Positions 8,709-18,817 of a DNA stretch of 64,000 nt are shown here, piece by piece. The notes beneath the pieces were generated by a model. The model did no database searches. It was not told the origin of the DNA and was given only the letters and a program-made list of their open reading frames with translations. Positions within the stretch are counted from its first letter, which is position 1, and every line of letters starts with the position of its first letter. Origin of the DNA: Planctomycetota bacterium (GTDB taxonomy: Bacteria; Planctomycetota; B15-G4; JADJEK01). Position numbers and translations under genes: made by a program. Where the stretch lies: the NCBI GenBank assembly GCA_044225365.1, contig JBGAIQ010000006.1, positions 1 through 64,000 on the forward strand. Reading direction: 5' to 3'.

Positions 8709-11377
8709 GGTCTCGCGCTCCCACGTCGCGGAATCGTGATGGAGACGAGCGTACCGCCACCCTCGCGGTTCCTCGCCGCGATCGTCCCGCCATGCGCGGC
8801 CACGATCGCGCGACTGATCGAGAGGCCGAGTCCCGTGCCCTGCGCCGCGTTCGAACGCTCCACGCGATGGAACTTGTCGAACACGCGCTCGAGCTCGCTC
8901 GCGGGGATTCCGATCCCGCGATCGCCCACTTCGATCACGATCGAATCGGCGACTGTCCGCACCGCGATCTCGATCGAGGCTTCCGGGGGCGAGTATTTGT
9001 GCGCGTTCACCACGACGTTGACGAGCGCCTGGCACATGAGCACGAAGTCGAGCTCGACGAACGGAAGCTCGTTCGCGACGTCGACGACCACTCTGCGATC
9101 ATGCAGTTCGGTTGCGAGTTGCTCGAGGGCGGAACCCACGAGATCCTGCAGGTCGCAGGACGATCGCTTCAGCTCGAGCGCGCCGGCCTGCAGGCGCGAC
9201 ATGTCGAGGAGATTGCCGAGCAGCCGATTGAGGCGCGTCGCGTTGCCCGCCGCGGTCTCGACGAGTTGGCGCCGTGACTTCTCGTCGAGGAGTTCGAAGT
9301 CGTCGCGCAGGCTCGTGAGTGCGCCGGTGATCGAGGCGAGCGGAGTGCGCAGATCGTGCGATACCGAGTCGAGGAGCGCCGTCTGCACTCGTTCGCGCTC
9401 GCGCAGCGACTGCGCGTGAGCGGCGGTTTCTGCGAGCCGAAACCGCTCGATCGCCGAGGCGGCCTGACCGGCGAACGACTGCAGGAGTCGCTGCTCTTCG
9501 AGCGCGAGAGCGCCATCGGGGCGGAACAGACTGATCGCGCCGTAGGCTCGATCGCCCGAGAGCATCGGAACGAGCAGCGATCGCACGCCGGTCAGCGTCT
9601 CCGTCCCTTTTCCCGCGGGCTGCGCGTGGTCGAAGACCCACTGCGCAACGGCCTTCTCGAAGACCTGCGTCGGGAAGGGCGCGCTCTTGGCGTGCAGCTC
9701 GACGCTCCTGTCGTTCGCGAGCCATACGGCGACGTTCTCGTGGAAGGTCGATTCGACCTGTTCGACGATCGTCCGCACGACGTCGTCGAGGTCCGCCGCC
9801 GCCGCGAGCGCACGGTTGCATTCGTAGAGCGCCGCGGTGTGCGCTTCGCGTCGCATCGCAGCGAGACTCTGTGCACGCGACGCCGATGCCAGCCGGCTCG
9901 TGATCAGGGCGACGATCATGAACGCGATGAACGTGACGACGTACTGAGCATCGTCGACCGCGAACGTCAGATACGGCGGCACGAGGAAGAAGTCGAAGGC
10001 GAGGACGCTCGCGAGGGCGATCAAGATCGCGCTGCGCCTCTGGGCACGCAGCGAAACGAGCACGACCACGACGAGGTAACCCATCAGAAGATTGACGGGC
10101 GCGAAATAGTCGCGCAGGAAGATCCCCGCGATCGTCACGATGGCGACCATCGCGAGTCCCGGAAGGAGGTCGCGAAGGAGGATGCCGGGCTCCGGAGCTT
10201 CGTCCCTCGCTCGTGCCGGTGGCGATGCGGCACCCTCGCTGTTGATCACGTACACGTCGATCTCGCCGCTGCCACGAACGACCCGATCGACCACCGCTCC
10301 CTGGAGGAGTTCACGCCAACGCGACCGCAGTGGCTTGCCGACGACGATCTTCGTGACGTTCTGCTCGCGTGCGTAATCGACGAGCGCCTTCGCAACGTCC
10401 TCGCCGTGGATCGTGCGCGCTCGTCCGCCGAGCTCTTCGGCGAGGCGCAATGTGGCCGCGATGCGGTCGCGATCGGCGTCGCGCAGCCGACCCGAATCGG
10501 GAGTCTCGACGTGGACCGCGTGCCACTCGGCATGGATCGAACCCGCGAGGCGCTTCGTGCTGCGGACGAGACGCTCCGAGAGCGGACTCGGACTCACGCA
10601 GACGAGAACTCGTTCGCGCGCGGCCCACGGCCCCTCGATCGCGTGCGTGCGCATGTAGCCGCGCACCTGCTCGTCCACGCGGTCGGCCGCGCGACGCAGT
10701 GCGAGTTCGCGCAGCGCGGAGAGATTGCCCTCGCGGAAGAAGCCGGTCGCCGCACGACTCGCCTGCTCCTTGCCGTAGATCTTGCCCGCGCCGAGGCGTT
10801 CGAGCAGTTCGAGGATCGGCAAGTCGATCAGTTCGATGTCGTTCGCTTCGTCGAGGACGCGATCGGGCAACGTCTCGCGCACCACCACGCCCGTGATCTG
10901 CGCGACGACGTCGTTGAGACTCTCGAGATGCTGCACGTTGAGGGTGGTGAAGACATCGATGCCGGCGTCGAGCAGTTCCTCGACATCCTGCCAGCGCTTC
11001 GCGTGTCGTGAGCCCGTGGCGTTGGTGTGGGCGAGCTCGTCGACGAGCGCGAGTTGCGGATGGCGCTTCAAGATCGCGTCGAGATCCATTTCCTCGAGCG
11101 CGATCCCACCGTGCTTCATCGAGCGCCGCGCAACGACGGGCAGGCCTTCGAGGAGCGCGTCGGTCTCGGGTCGCCCGTGGGCCTCGACGTAGCCGACGAC
11201 GACATCGGTCCCTGCGTCGTGGAGGCGCTTCGCCGCGCGCAGCATCGCGTACGTCTTGCCGACGCCCGCCGCGAATCCGAGGAAGACCTTGAGCTTGCCG
11301 CGCTTCGCCCGCGCTTCGTCGCGCGAGACCTGCGCGAGCAACAGGTCGGGATCCGGGCGAGCGTCGTCGTCGTTCAT
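8705..11377 (-). CDS. kdpD: Sensor histidine kinase KdpD
   Basis: Start MNDDDARPDPD; GKLKVFLGFAAGVGKTYAML, LVDELAHTN, Usp domain, 4 TM (FDFFLVPPY), GAF, SHDLRTPL H-box, GTGLGLSI. Confidence 0.97.
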   Translation of the reverse strand: MNDDDARPDPDLLLAQVSRDEARAKRGKLKVFLGFAAGVGKTYAMLRAAKRLHDAGTDVVVGYVEAHGRPETDALLEGLPVVARRSMKHGGIALEEMDLDAILKRHPQLALVDELAHTNATGSRHAKRWQDVEELLDAGIDVFTTLNVQHLESLNDVVAQITGVVVRETLPDRVLDEANDIELIDLPILELLERLGAGKIYGKEQASRAATGFFREGNLSALRELALRRAADRVDEQVRGYMRTHAIEGPWAARERVLVCVSPSPLSERLVRSTKRLAGSIHAEWHAVHVETPDSGRLRDADRDRIAATLRLAEELGGRARTIHGEDVAKALVDYAREQNVTKIVVGKPLRSRWRELLQGAVVDRVVRGSGEIDVYVINSEGAASPPARARDEAPEPGILLRDLLPGLAMVAIVTIAGIFLRDYFAPVNLLMGYLVVVVLVSLRAQRRSAILIALASVLAFDFFLVPPYLTFAVDDAQYVVTFIAFMIVALITSRLASASRAQSLAAMRREAHTAALYECNRALAAAADLDDVVRTIVEQVESTFHENVAVWLANDRSVELHAKSAPFPTQVFEKAVAQWVFDHAQPAGKGTETLTGVRSLLVPMLSGDRAYGAISLFRPDGALALEEQRLLQSFAGQAASAIERFRLAETAAHAQSLRERERVQTALLDSVSHDLRTPLASITGALTSLRDDFELLDEKSRRQLVETAAGNATRLNRLLGNLLDMSRLQAGALELKRSSCDLQDLVGSALEQLATELHDRRVVVDVANELPFVELDFVLMCQALVNVVVNAHKYSPPEASIEIAVRTVADSIVIEVGDRGIGIPASELERVFDKFHRVERSNAAQGTGLGLSISRAIVAAHGGTIAARNREGGGTLVSITIPRRGSARP

Positions 11378-11412
11378 CGCGATGAAGGGTCTCGCACGGG
11401 CGAGGAGAGGGA

Positions 11413-12870
11413 CTACGAAACGATACGCGGTTTCACGTACACGAACCAACGACTCTCGCGGTCCGCCGTCGTCGTGCGGCGGAAGAGAGCCCCCATCCAC
11501 GGGATATCGCGGAGCAAGAAGATGCCGTCCTCCACCTCGACCTGCGTCTTCCGCTCGAAGCTGCCGATCAGATACTCGGTCCCCGGCTTCAGATGGAGGG
11601 TGCTGTGAGAGTTGCGCGAAGTGACGTTCGGGACGCGGCCCGAACGGTCGAATCCCACCATGCTGTTCACCGTCACGGCGATATCGGCCGTGATCGATTC
11701 GGCGCAGATGAACGGACGGATCGATAGATCGAAGCCCTCGAACACGTTCGGATCCAACACGCTCTCGACGTGAGTGTCGCCCGGCTCGCCGGCACGCGAT
11801 ACGACCTTCTCGAAGGGAAGGATGCGGCCGTCGTGCAGCACCGCGGGCGACGCGGTGGCCTCGCTCCTCGCGCCGCCGGAGAGCGCACCCGGGTTGTCTT
11901 CGGCGTTGACCGAGAGCAGCTTCGCCCGCGTCGTGATCTTCGCGTCGCCCTGCCCCACCATGTAGTTCAGGAATTCGGCGAGAACCGAAGCCTCGAGGCC
12001 GACGATGCTATCGACCGTCGCCTTCTTCCCGTCGCCCGACGATTCGTGCAATGTGAAGGTTCCGGAAATGGCGCGCTTCCACGCATCGAAGTCGAGCCCG
12101 ACGTCCTCGAAGTGATCCTGATCGACCTCGTAGATCGTGACCTCGAATTCCGCCTGTAGTGGCGGACGGTCGAAGGACTCGAGTGCCGAGAGGTCGTCGG
12201 CGATGTCGGAAGGGTTCTCCGAGATGTAGATCGTGTTCAGCGACGGATCGGCGAACGGCGCGTAGTAGAACTGCCCGATGTTTCCGAGCTCGGTGCCGGC
12301 GAGGATCGCCTTCAGCTCGCCCGCGGTGCGATGCTTGCCGACGTAGGCCGTGCAGCCGCTCTTTCCCGCCGCGTTGCCATTGCTCGTGCCGTCGTAGAAC
12401 GCGAATCCCTTGACGTCGACGCGGGCGATCATCTCGTCGATACCGGGGATCATGAAGTCGGGCGCGGTGACGAAGAGGTACTGCACGGGATTGCCGTCGG
12501 CGTCCTTCAGATCCTGCTTGCCCATCACCTCCGCGATTCCGCCTTCGTATACCAGCGAGCGCAAGAGGTAGCTCTGGACGTCGATCGCATTCGTGTTGTG
12601 GATCGCGTAGGTCTTGAGGACGTAGTCGTTCTTCGCCATCCCCGGCGTCGTGCCGCCGCTCGTGCCGTTCGGATTTGGATTGCGCGGTCGGCCGTCCTCG
12701 ACCCGCCGGACCAAGAGATCACGGAGATCGTTCGCATCGCGGCTGCTCTCCCCTCCCGCGATGTTCACCCTCACCGCCGGGTCGTCTCTTTCGGATCCTC
12801 CATTCGCGACACCGAAGAACGACATCAGAACGAGGCTCATCGCCAAGCGCGATCGATTCGCGGAGTTCAT
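11413..12870 (-). CDS. Secretin-family (GspD/PilQ-like) outer-membrane protein inside the kdp operon
   Basis: Signal peptide; N3-like segment ADPSLNTIYI..LESFDRPPLQAEFEVTIYEV..GLDF; C-terminal signature GIFLLRDIPWMGALFRRTT..WFVYVKPRIV; ATGA overlap with kdpC stop. Confidence 0.85.
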   Translation of the reverse strand: MNSANRSRLAMSLVLMSFFGVANGGSERDDPAVRVNIAGGESSRDANDLRDLLVRRVEDGRPRNPNPNGTSGGTTPGMAKNDYVLKTYAIHNTNAIDVQSYLLRSLVYEGGIAEVMGKQDLKDADGNPVQYLFVTAPDFMIPGIDEMIARVDVKGFAFYDGTSNGNAAGKSGCTAYVGKHRTAGELKAILAGTELGNIGQFYYAPFADPSLNTIYISENPSDIADDLSALESFDRPPLQAEFEVTIYEVDQDHFEDVGLDFDAWKRAISGTFTLHESSGDGKKATVDSIVGLEASVLAEFLNYMVGQGDAKITTRAKLLSVNAEDNPGALSGGARSEATASPAVLHDGRILPFEKVVSRAGEPGDTHVESVLDPNVFEGFDLSIRPFICAESITADIAVTVNSMVGFDRSGRVPNVTSRNSHSTLHLKPGTEYLIGSFERKTQVEVEDGIFLLRDIPWMGALFRRTTTADRESRWFVYVKPRIVS

Positions 12871-13448
12871 TTCATCTCCTTCGCGGAGTTCGCCGCAGCG
12901 ATCACATCGCGATTCAGTTGGAGCACGTTCACTCTTTGCTCGCCGAGGAGCCCGAATGTGCGGCCCTGGGTGTGACGATCGATCATCGCGCCGACCTCGC
13001 CGCGGTCGATTCCGTTCTCGCGAGCGACGCGCGCTGCCTGATACCTCGCCGCAGCGACGCTGATGTCGGGGTCGATACCGCTGCCCGACGCCGTCACGAG
13101 ATCGACGGGGATCGGGGCATCGTTCCCGGGATCGGCCTCGCGCAATGCCTTCACACGTGCTGCCACGCGATCGAGCATCGCACCTTGGAGCGGACCTGCG
13201 TTGGACCCGGAGGACGGCGTGGCTCCATACGCGCTCGCCGAGGGCCGGCTCCAGAACAGGTTCTTCGCGTCGAACGACTGACCGATCCGCTCCGAGCCGA
13301 CGATGCGATCGCCGTCCTTCAGGAGACTGCCCCCCGAGCGGAATGGGAACGCGAGGTTCGCGATGCCGGTGACCGCGAGCGGGTACACGACGCCCGTGAG
13401 CAATGTGAGGACGAGGAGCAGGACGATGGCGGGACGTAGGTGGTGCAT
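12867..13448 (-). CDS. kdpC: K+-transporting ATPase subunit C
   Basis: Start MHHLRPAI; GVVYPLAVTG, GSERIGQSF, FWSRPSA, SSGSN, PVDLVTASGSGIDPDIS, RVNVLQLN. Confidence 0.96.
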   Translation of the reverse strand: MHHLRPAIVLLLVLTLLTGVVYPLAVTGIANLAFPFRSGGSLLKDGDRIVGSERIGQSFDAKNLFWSRPSASAYGATPSSGSNAGPLQGAMLDRVAARVKALREADPGNDAPIPVDLVTASGSGIDPDISVAAARYQAARVARENGIDRGEVGAMIDRHTQGRTFGLLGEQRVNVLQLNRDVIAAANSAKEMK

Positions 13449-13462
13449 GGAAGTTCCTCGCT

Positions 13463-15547
13463 TCAGACGAAGTGGCTCGCGATCAGATCGATCAGCTTGA
13501 TCCCGACGAACGGCGCCAGGAGGCCGCCGACGCCGTAGATCAGCAAGTTCTCGCGCAGGAGCTGCGACGCGCTCTTCGCCTTGTACGGCACGCCGCGTAA
13601 TGCGAGCGGGACGAGCGCGACGATGACGAGCGCGTTGAAGATGACGGCGGAGAGGATCGCGCTCTGCGGCGACGCGAGGCCCATGACGTTCCACACCCGC
13701 AGTTGCGGCCAGGTGGTGACGAACGCCGCGGGCAGGATCGCGAAGTACTTCGCGACGTCGTTCGCGATGCTGAAAGTCGTGAGCGCCCCCCGCGTCATGA
13801 GCATCTGCTTGCCGACCTCGACGATCTCGAGCAGCTTCGTCGGATTGCTGTCGAGGTCGACCATGTTCGCCGCCTCGCGCGCGGCCTGTGTGCCCGTGTT
13901 CATCGCGACGGCCACGTCGGCCTGAGCGAGCGCGGGCGCGTCGTTCGTGCCGTCGCCGGTCATCGCGACGAGATTCCCCTTCGACTGGTAGCTGCGGATG
14001 AGCGCGAGTTTGGTCTCGGGGCGCGCCTCGGCGAGGAAGTCGTCGACTCCCGCCTCTGCGGCGATCGCGGCGGCCGTGAGCGCGTTGTCACCCGTGATCA
14101 TCACGGTCTTGATGCCCATCTTGCGCAATTCGACGAATCGCTCGCGAATGCCGCCCTTCACGATGTCCTTCAAGTGAACGACGCCCTGGATCCTGTCGTT
14201 GCGCGACACGACGAGCGGCGTGCCGCCCGAGCGCGCGACCTGCTCGATGGTGCGCGAGAGGTCCGGCGGAATCGTTCCGCCCAAGCTCGTCACGAAGGCC
14301 TGGACGGCGTCGCCCGCGCCCTTGCGGATCTGCTCCTTGCCGAAGTCGACGCCGCTCATCCGTGTCTGCGCCGTGAACTTCAGGAACTTCGCGTCGCGCA
14401 GCGTCTCGCCGCCGATCGATTCGCCGCGCAGACCGTGCTTGTCCTTCGCAAGGACGACGATGCTGCGACCCTCCGGCGTCTCGTCCGAGAGCGAGGCGAG
14501 CTGCGCAGTTTCCGCGAGATCACGCTCGGCCACTCCAAGGAGCGGGAGGAACGCGACGGCCTGCCGATTCCCGAGCGTGATCGTTCCCGTCTTGTCGAGG
14601 AGCAACGTGTCGACGTCGCCCGCGGCTTCGACCGCACGTCCCGAGGTCGCGATGACGTTGCGGCGGATCATTCGGTCCATGCCCGCGATTCCGATCGCGC
14701 TGAGCAATCCGCCGATCGTCGTCGGGATGAGGCAGACGAGGAGCGCGACCAGAGTGACGAGCGACACCACGACGCCCTTGCCCGCGAGTTCGACCCCGTA
14801 CATCGAGAACGGCAGGAGCGTCGCGCAGACGAACAGGAAGACGATCGTGAACGCGACGAGGAGGATGAGGAGCGCGATCTCGTTCGGGGTCTTCTGGCGC
14901 TTCGCGCCTTCGACGAGCGCGATCATCCGATCGAGGAAACCGGCGCCCGGATCGTTCGTCACCTCCACCATCAACCAATCGGAGAGGACGACCGTTCCGC
15001 CCGTGACGGCGCTTCGATCGCCACCGGCCTCGCGAATCACGGGAGCACTTTCGCCAGTGACCGCGCTCTCGTTCACCGATGCGGCGCCTTCGATCACCTC
15101 GCCGTCGGCCGGGATCGTCTCGCCCGCTTCCACGAGCACGACATCGTGCTTCTTCAGATCGGCGCTCGAGACCCGCTCGACCTTCGCATCGCGACGCCGA
15201 CTCGAAAGCCGCTTCGCCTGCGTGTCCCGCCGCGTGCGACGCAGCGTGTCCGCCTGCGCGCGGCCGCGACTCTCCGCGATCGCTTCCGCGAAGTTCGCGA
15301 AGAGAACGGTGAGCCACAGCCAGGCGATGATCTGCGCCCGGAACGCGTTGCTCTCGCCTTCCGTCGCCGGTTCGACGAAGGCTGCGATCGTGAGCAGGAC
15401 GCTTGCCACGGTGACGACGAAGAACACCGGGTTCTTCACGAGAAGTCGTGGATCGAGTTTCACGAAGGACTGTGCGATGGCGTCGCGCAGGACGCGACCT
15501 CGCGGCGTGACGACGTTCTTCGAATGCGTGCTTCTTGAAGTGTTCAT
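13463..15547 (-). CDS. kdpB: K+-transporting P-type ATPase subunit B
   Basis: [19 protein letters not shown] phosphorylation site, [18 protein letters not shown]. Confidence 0.98.
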   Translation of the reverse strand: MNTSRSTHSKNVVTPRGRVLRDAIAQSFVKLDPRLLVKNPVFFVVTVASVLLTIAAFVEPATEGESNAFRAQIIAWLWLTVLFANFAEAIAESRGRAQADTLRRTRRDTQAKRLSSRRRDAKVERVSSADLKKHDVVLVEAGETIPADGEVIEGAASVNESAVTGESAPVIREAGGDRSAVTGGTVVLSDWLMVEVTNDPGAGFLDRMIALVEGAKRQKTPNEIALLILLVAFTIVFLFVCATLLPFSMYGVELAGKGVVVSLVTLVALLVCLIPTTIGGLLSAIGIAGMDRMIRRNVIATSGRAVEAAGDVDTLLLDKTGTITLGNRQAVAFLPLLGVAERDLAETAQLASLSDETPEGRSIVVLAKDKHGLRGESIGGETLRDAKFLKFTAQTRMSGVDFGKEQIRKGAGDAVQAFVTSLGGTIPPDLSRTIEQVARSGGTPLVVSRNDRIQGVVHLKDIVKGGIRERFVELRKMGIKTVMITGDNALTAAAIAAEAGVDDFLAEARPETKLALIRSYQSKGNLVAMTGDGTNDAPALAQADVAVAMNTGTQAAREAANMVDLDSNPTKLLEIVEVGKQMLMTRGALTTFSIANDVAKYFAILPAAFVTTWPQLRVWNVMGLASPQSAILSAVIFNALVIVALVPLALRGVPYKAKSASQLLRENLLIYGVGGLLAPFVGIKLIDLIASHFV

Positions 15548-15559
15548 GGCGTTGTTGGC

Positions 15560-17323
15560 TCAGAACCGGGAGATCGAACCGACGAGCAGATGCTCGACGA
15601 ACGGACCGAGTGCGAGAGCGGGGAGGAAGCTGAGGGCGCCCATGATCACGACGACGGCGACGAGCCAGAAGATGAACAGGGCCGAATGCGTCGGCAGCGT
15701 CCCCGGACCCGCAGGGACGGTCTTCTTCCGCGCGAGCGAACCGGCGATCGCGAGCATGAACGCGATCGGGGCGAAGCGCTCGATCGCCATCACGATGGCC
15801 CCGACGACGTTGTAGAACGGGCGACTGGTGTCGAGTCCGACGAACGCGCTGCCGTTGTTGCCGCCTTGCGAAGTGAAGGCGTAGAGGATCTCGGAGAACG
15901 CGTGCGGACCGCCGTTGCCGACCGCCGCCTTCGCGGAAGGCGTGAGCACGGCCGCGGCCGTGCCGAGCAGCATCACCATCGTCGGAACGAGGACGGTGAG
16001 CGTCGCCATCTTCATCTCGAACGTCTCGATCTTCTTGCCGAAGATCTCGGGCGTGCGGCCGACCATGAGGCCCGCGGCGAACACGCCGAGGATGGCGAAC
16101 GCGAGCAATCCGTAGAGACCGCTGCCGACGCCGCCGAAGACGATCTCGCCGAGCTGCATCAGGAAGAACAGCGGGACGGTCGACATCGGCATGTAGGCGT
16201 CGTGCATCGAGTTCACCGAGCCGTTCGAGGCCGCGGTCGTCGACACGGCCCACAGCGCCGAATTCACGACGCCGAAGCGGACCTCCTTGCCTTCCATGTT
16301 CCCGCCGGATTGATCGTGATTCGCGTGGGAGTCGACTCCCATCGCGGAGAGAGCGGGGTTGCCTTCCTGCTCGAAGTGGGAGGTGACGTAGATGCACGGC
16401 GCGAACAGGATCCACATCACGAGCAACAGCGCGACGCCCTGCCTGCGATCGCCGATGAGGATTCCGAACGTGTAGCAGAGCGACGACGCCAGGAGCAGGA
16501 TCGAGAGCATCTCGAGGAAGTTGGTGAGCGGATTCGGATTCTCGAACGGGTGCGCCGAGTTCACTCCGAAGAAGCCGCCGCCGTTGGTGCCGAGTTGCTT
16601 GATCGCGATCTGGGACGCCGCGGGCCCGAGCGGGATCGTCTGCGTCGTGACCGCGTCGCTTCCTCCCGCCACCGCGACTTGCGGTTGGACGAGCTGCGCA
16701 TTCACCGAAGGACGCATGGCCTGCACCACGCCCTGCGACGAGAGCGCGAGCGCGAGCACCAGCGAGAGCGGCAGCAGGACGTACACTGTTCCGCGGGTGA
16801 GATCGACCCAGAAGTTCCCGAGGGCCTCTTTCTCGCGGACTTGGATTCCGCGAGCGAGCGCGACGAGGACCGCGATTCCGGTCGCCGCGGAGACGAAGTT
16901 CTGAACCGTGAGTCCCACCATCTGCGTGAAGTGGCTCGCCGCGGCTTCGCCGGAATAGTTCTGCCAGTTGGTGTTCGTGACGAACGAGATCGCGGTATTG
17001 AACGCGAGGTCCCACTTCATCGGGCCGATGCCGTCGGGATTCCAGAGAGGAAGCACGCCCTGGAAGATCAGGAGCCCGAACAGTACGACGAAGCCGACGG
17101 CGTTGAACGCGAGGAGCGAGAGAAGGTAGTCCTTGAAGCGCATCTCGGTCTTTGCAGCGTCGCCCGCCGTGCGCAAGACGAGTCGCTCGACGGGGCCGAG
17201 GAGCGGATGCAGGAACGTTCGCTCCCCGCGAAACACCCGCGCCATGAACTTCCCGAGCGGCGGCGAGAGCGCGATCAGGACGACGCAGAACGCGACGATT
17301 TGGAGTCCGTCGATCGCGTTCAT
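15560..17323 (-). CDS. kdpA: K+-transporting ATPase subunit A
   Basis: SFVTNTNWQNYSGE, KQLGTNGGGFF, NMEGKEVRFG, SNGSVN, GRTPE, NNGSAF. Confidence 0.98.
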   Translation of the reverse strand: MNAIDGLQIVAFCVVLIALSPPLGKFMARVFRGERTFLHPLLGPVERLVLRTAGDAAKTEMRFKDYLLSLLAFNAVGFVVLFGLLIFQGVLPLWNPDGIGPMKWDLAFNTAISFVTNTNWQNYSGEAAASHFTQMVGLTVQNFVSAATGIAVLVALARGIQVREKEALGNFWVDLTRGTVYVLLPLSLVLALALSSQGVVQAMRPSVNAQLVQPQVAVAGGSDAVTTQTIPLGPAASQIAIKQLGTNGGGFFGVNSAHPFENPNPLTNFLEMLSILLLASSLCYTFGILIGDRRQGVALLLVMWILFAPCIYVTSHFEQEGNPALSAMGVDSHANHDQSGGNMEGKEVRFGVVNSALWAVSTTAASNGSVNSMHDAYMPMSTVPLFFLMQLGEIVFGGVGSGLYGLLAFAILGVFAAGLMVGRTPEIFGKKIETFEMKMATLTVLVPTMVMLLGTAAAVLTPSAKAAVGNGGPHAFSEILYAFTSQGGNNGSAFVGLDTSRPFYNVVGAIVMAIERFAPIAFMLAIAGSLARKKTVPAGPGTLPTHSALFIFWLVAVVVIMGALSFLPALALGPFVEHLLVGSISRF

Positions 17324-17324
17324 C

Positions 17325-17405
17325 TCAGAACCTCTCCGGCCGCACCATCGCGACGACGAGGTAGACGAACAACAGGACTGCGACGACTCCCGCGACGACG
17401 ATCAT
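17325..17405 (-). CDS. kdpF: K+-transporting ATPase subunit F (26 aa)
   Basis: Below ORF-track cutoff; hand translation MIVVAGVVAVLLFVYLVVAMVRPERF*, with GGAGG RBS upstream and 1 bp gap to the kdpA ATG. Confidence 0.93.
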   Translation of the reverse strand: MIVVAGVVAVLLFVYLVVAMVRPERF

Positions 17406-17437
17406 GGATGCGACCTCCGAGCTTCGAACGTGCTCGA

Positions 17438-17470
17438 ACGATAGGTCGAACCGCATCAATGCGGCGTCAA
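17438..17470 (-). promoter_or_regulatory. Putative kdp promoter with KdpE-type direct-repeat box
   Basis: Minus strand reads TTGACG-N5-TTGATG (11-bp period), then 10 bp, then TATCGT (-10-like); this is OmpR/PhoB-family box geometry, directly upstream of kdpF. Confidence 0.6.
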
Positions 17471-17492
17471 GACGAGGCCGTTCCGCTCGCTT

Positions 17493-18707
17493 TCAACCCC
17501 CGAGCACCGCTCGGATCCGCTCCACCATCCACTCGAGGTCCTTCTTCTCCACGACGAGCGGCGGCGCGAAACGGATCGTGTAGTCGTGCGTGTCCTTGCA
17601 CAGCAAGCCCTCGCGCATGAGCGCCTCGCAGTAGCCGCGGGCCTTGCCCGCGCCCTCCTCCAACTCGAGGCCGATCCAAAGCCCCATCCCGCGCACCTCT
17701 TTCACCTTCTTCGACCCGATGCCGCGGATCGCGTTCAGCAAGAAGATGCCGAGGTCCTTGCTGCGCTCGATCAAATTTTCCTCGACGAGGACGTCGAGCG
17801 CCGCGTCGGAGACCGCGCACGCGAGCGGGTTGCCGCCGTAGGTCGAGCCGTGCGAGCCGGGCGTGAACACGTCCATCACGCGCGAGTCGGCGAGGAAAGC
17901 CGAGACCGGGTAGAGCCCGCCCGACAGTGCCTTGCCGATGGTGACGGCGTCGGCGCGAACGCCGAACGCGCGATGGGCGAAGAGCTCGCCCGTGCGGCCG
18001 AGTCCGGATTGGATCTCGTCGCAGATGAGGAGCGCACCGTGCTGATCGCAGAGCTTGCGCAGTCCCGGCAGGAACTCCGGCGGCGGCACGACGACTCCGG
18101 CCTCGCCTTGCACCGGCTCGACGAGCACGGCGGCGACGTTGGAGTTCATCGCCGCCGCAACGCCCTCGAGGTCTCCGTACCGAACGATCGTGAATCCCGG
18201 CGTGAACGGAGCGAATCCATCGCGCGAGCCCTTGTCCGTCGAGAAGCCGACGATCGTCGTGGTGCGACCGTGGAAGTTGTCGGAGAAGACGATGATCTCG
18301 GCCTTGCCGTCCTCGATCTTCTTCACGCGGTACGCATACCTTCGAGCGGCTTTGATCGCCGTCTCCACGGCCTCCGCGCCGGTGTTCATCATCAGGACGC
18401 GTTCGTATCCGGTGAGTTTCGAGAGCTTCGCGCAGAACGGTCCGAAGCGATCGTTGTGGAACGCGCGCGAAGTCAAGGCGAGCCGGTCGAGTTGCTCCTT
18501 CATCGCGCTCACGATGCGAGGATGGTTGTGACCCTGATTGACGGCGGAGTACGCAGCGAGACAATCGAGGTAGCGTTTCCCGTCGAGGTCGAAGACGAAC
18601 GCGCCCTCGCCACGACTCAGCACGACCGGCAGCGGGTGATAGTTGTGGGCCGCGTACTGATCCTCGAGGGCGATCACTTGCGAGGCATTACGTTGCTTCA
18701 TCGACAT
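17493..18707 (-). CDS. rocD: Ornithine--oxo-acid aminotransferase
   Basis: AHNYHPLPVV, YSAVNQGH, LTSRAF, MNTGAEAVETAIK, NFHGRT, DEIQSGLGRTG, GKALSGG, PGSHGSTYGGNP. Confidence 0.95.
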   Translation of the reverse strand: MSMKQRNASQVIALEDQYAAHNYHPLPVVLSRGEGAFVFDLDGKRYLDCLAAYSAVNQGHNHPRIVSAMKEQLDRLALTSRAFHNDRFGPFCAKLSKLTGYERVLMMNTGAEAVETAIKAARRYAYRVKKIEDGKAEIIVFSDNFHGRTTTIVGFSTDKGSRDGFAPFTPGFTIVRYGDLEGVAAAMNSNVAAVLVEPVQGEAGVVVPPPEFLPGLRKLCDQHGALLICDEIQSGLGRTGELFAHRAFGVRADAVTIGKALSGGLYPVSAFLADSRVMDVFTPGSHGSTYGGNPLACAVSDAALDVLVEENLIERSKDLGIFLLNAIRGIGSKKVKEVRGMGLWIGLELEEGAGKARGYCEALMREGLLCKDTHDYTIRFAPPLVVEKKDLEWMVERIRAVLGG

Positions 18708-18817
18708 GGGAGTCTCCGATCGCGCAGAGCGGAAGCTCCGTCGCAGTCGAAGTCCATGATCGACGATTTGCCGGGCGAAAGGCAACCCGCAGCACTACGA
18801 TCGTCCCAGGAAGATCC

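Noticed and set aside
11413-12870. Type II secretion or type IV pilus locus
   Set aside because: No ATPase, platform, pilin or prepilin peptidase gene in the window; only the secretin is present.
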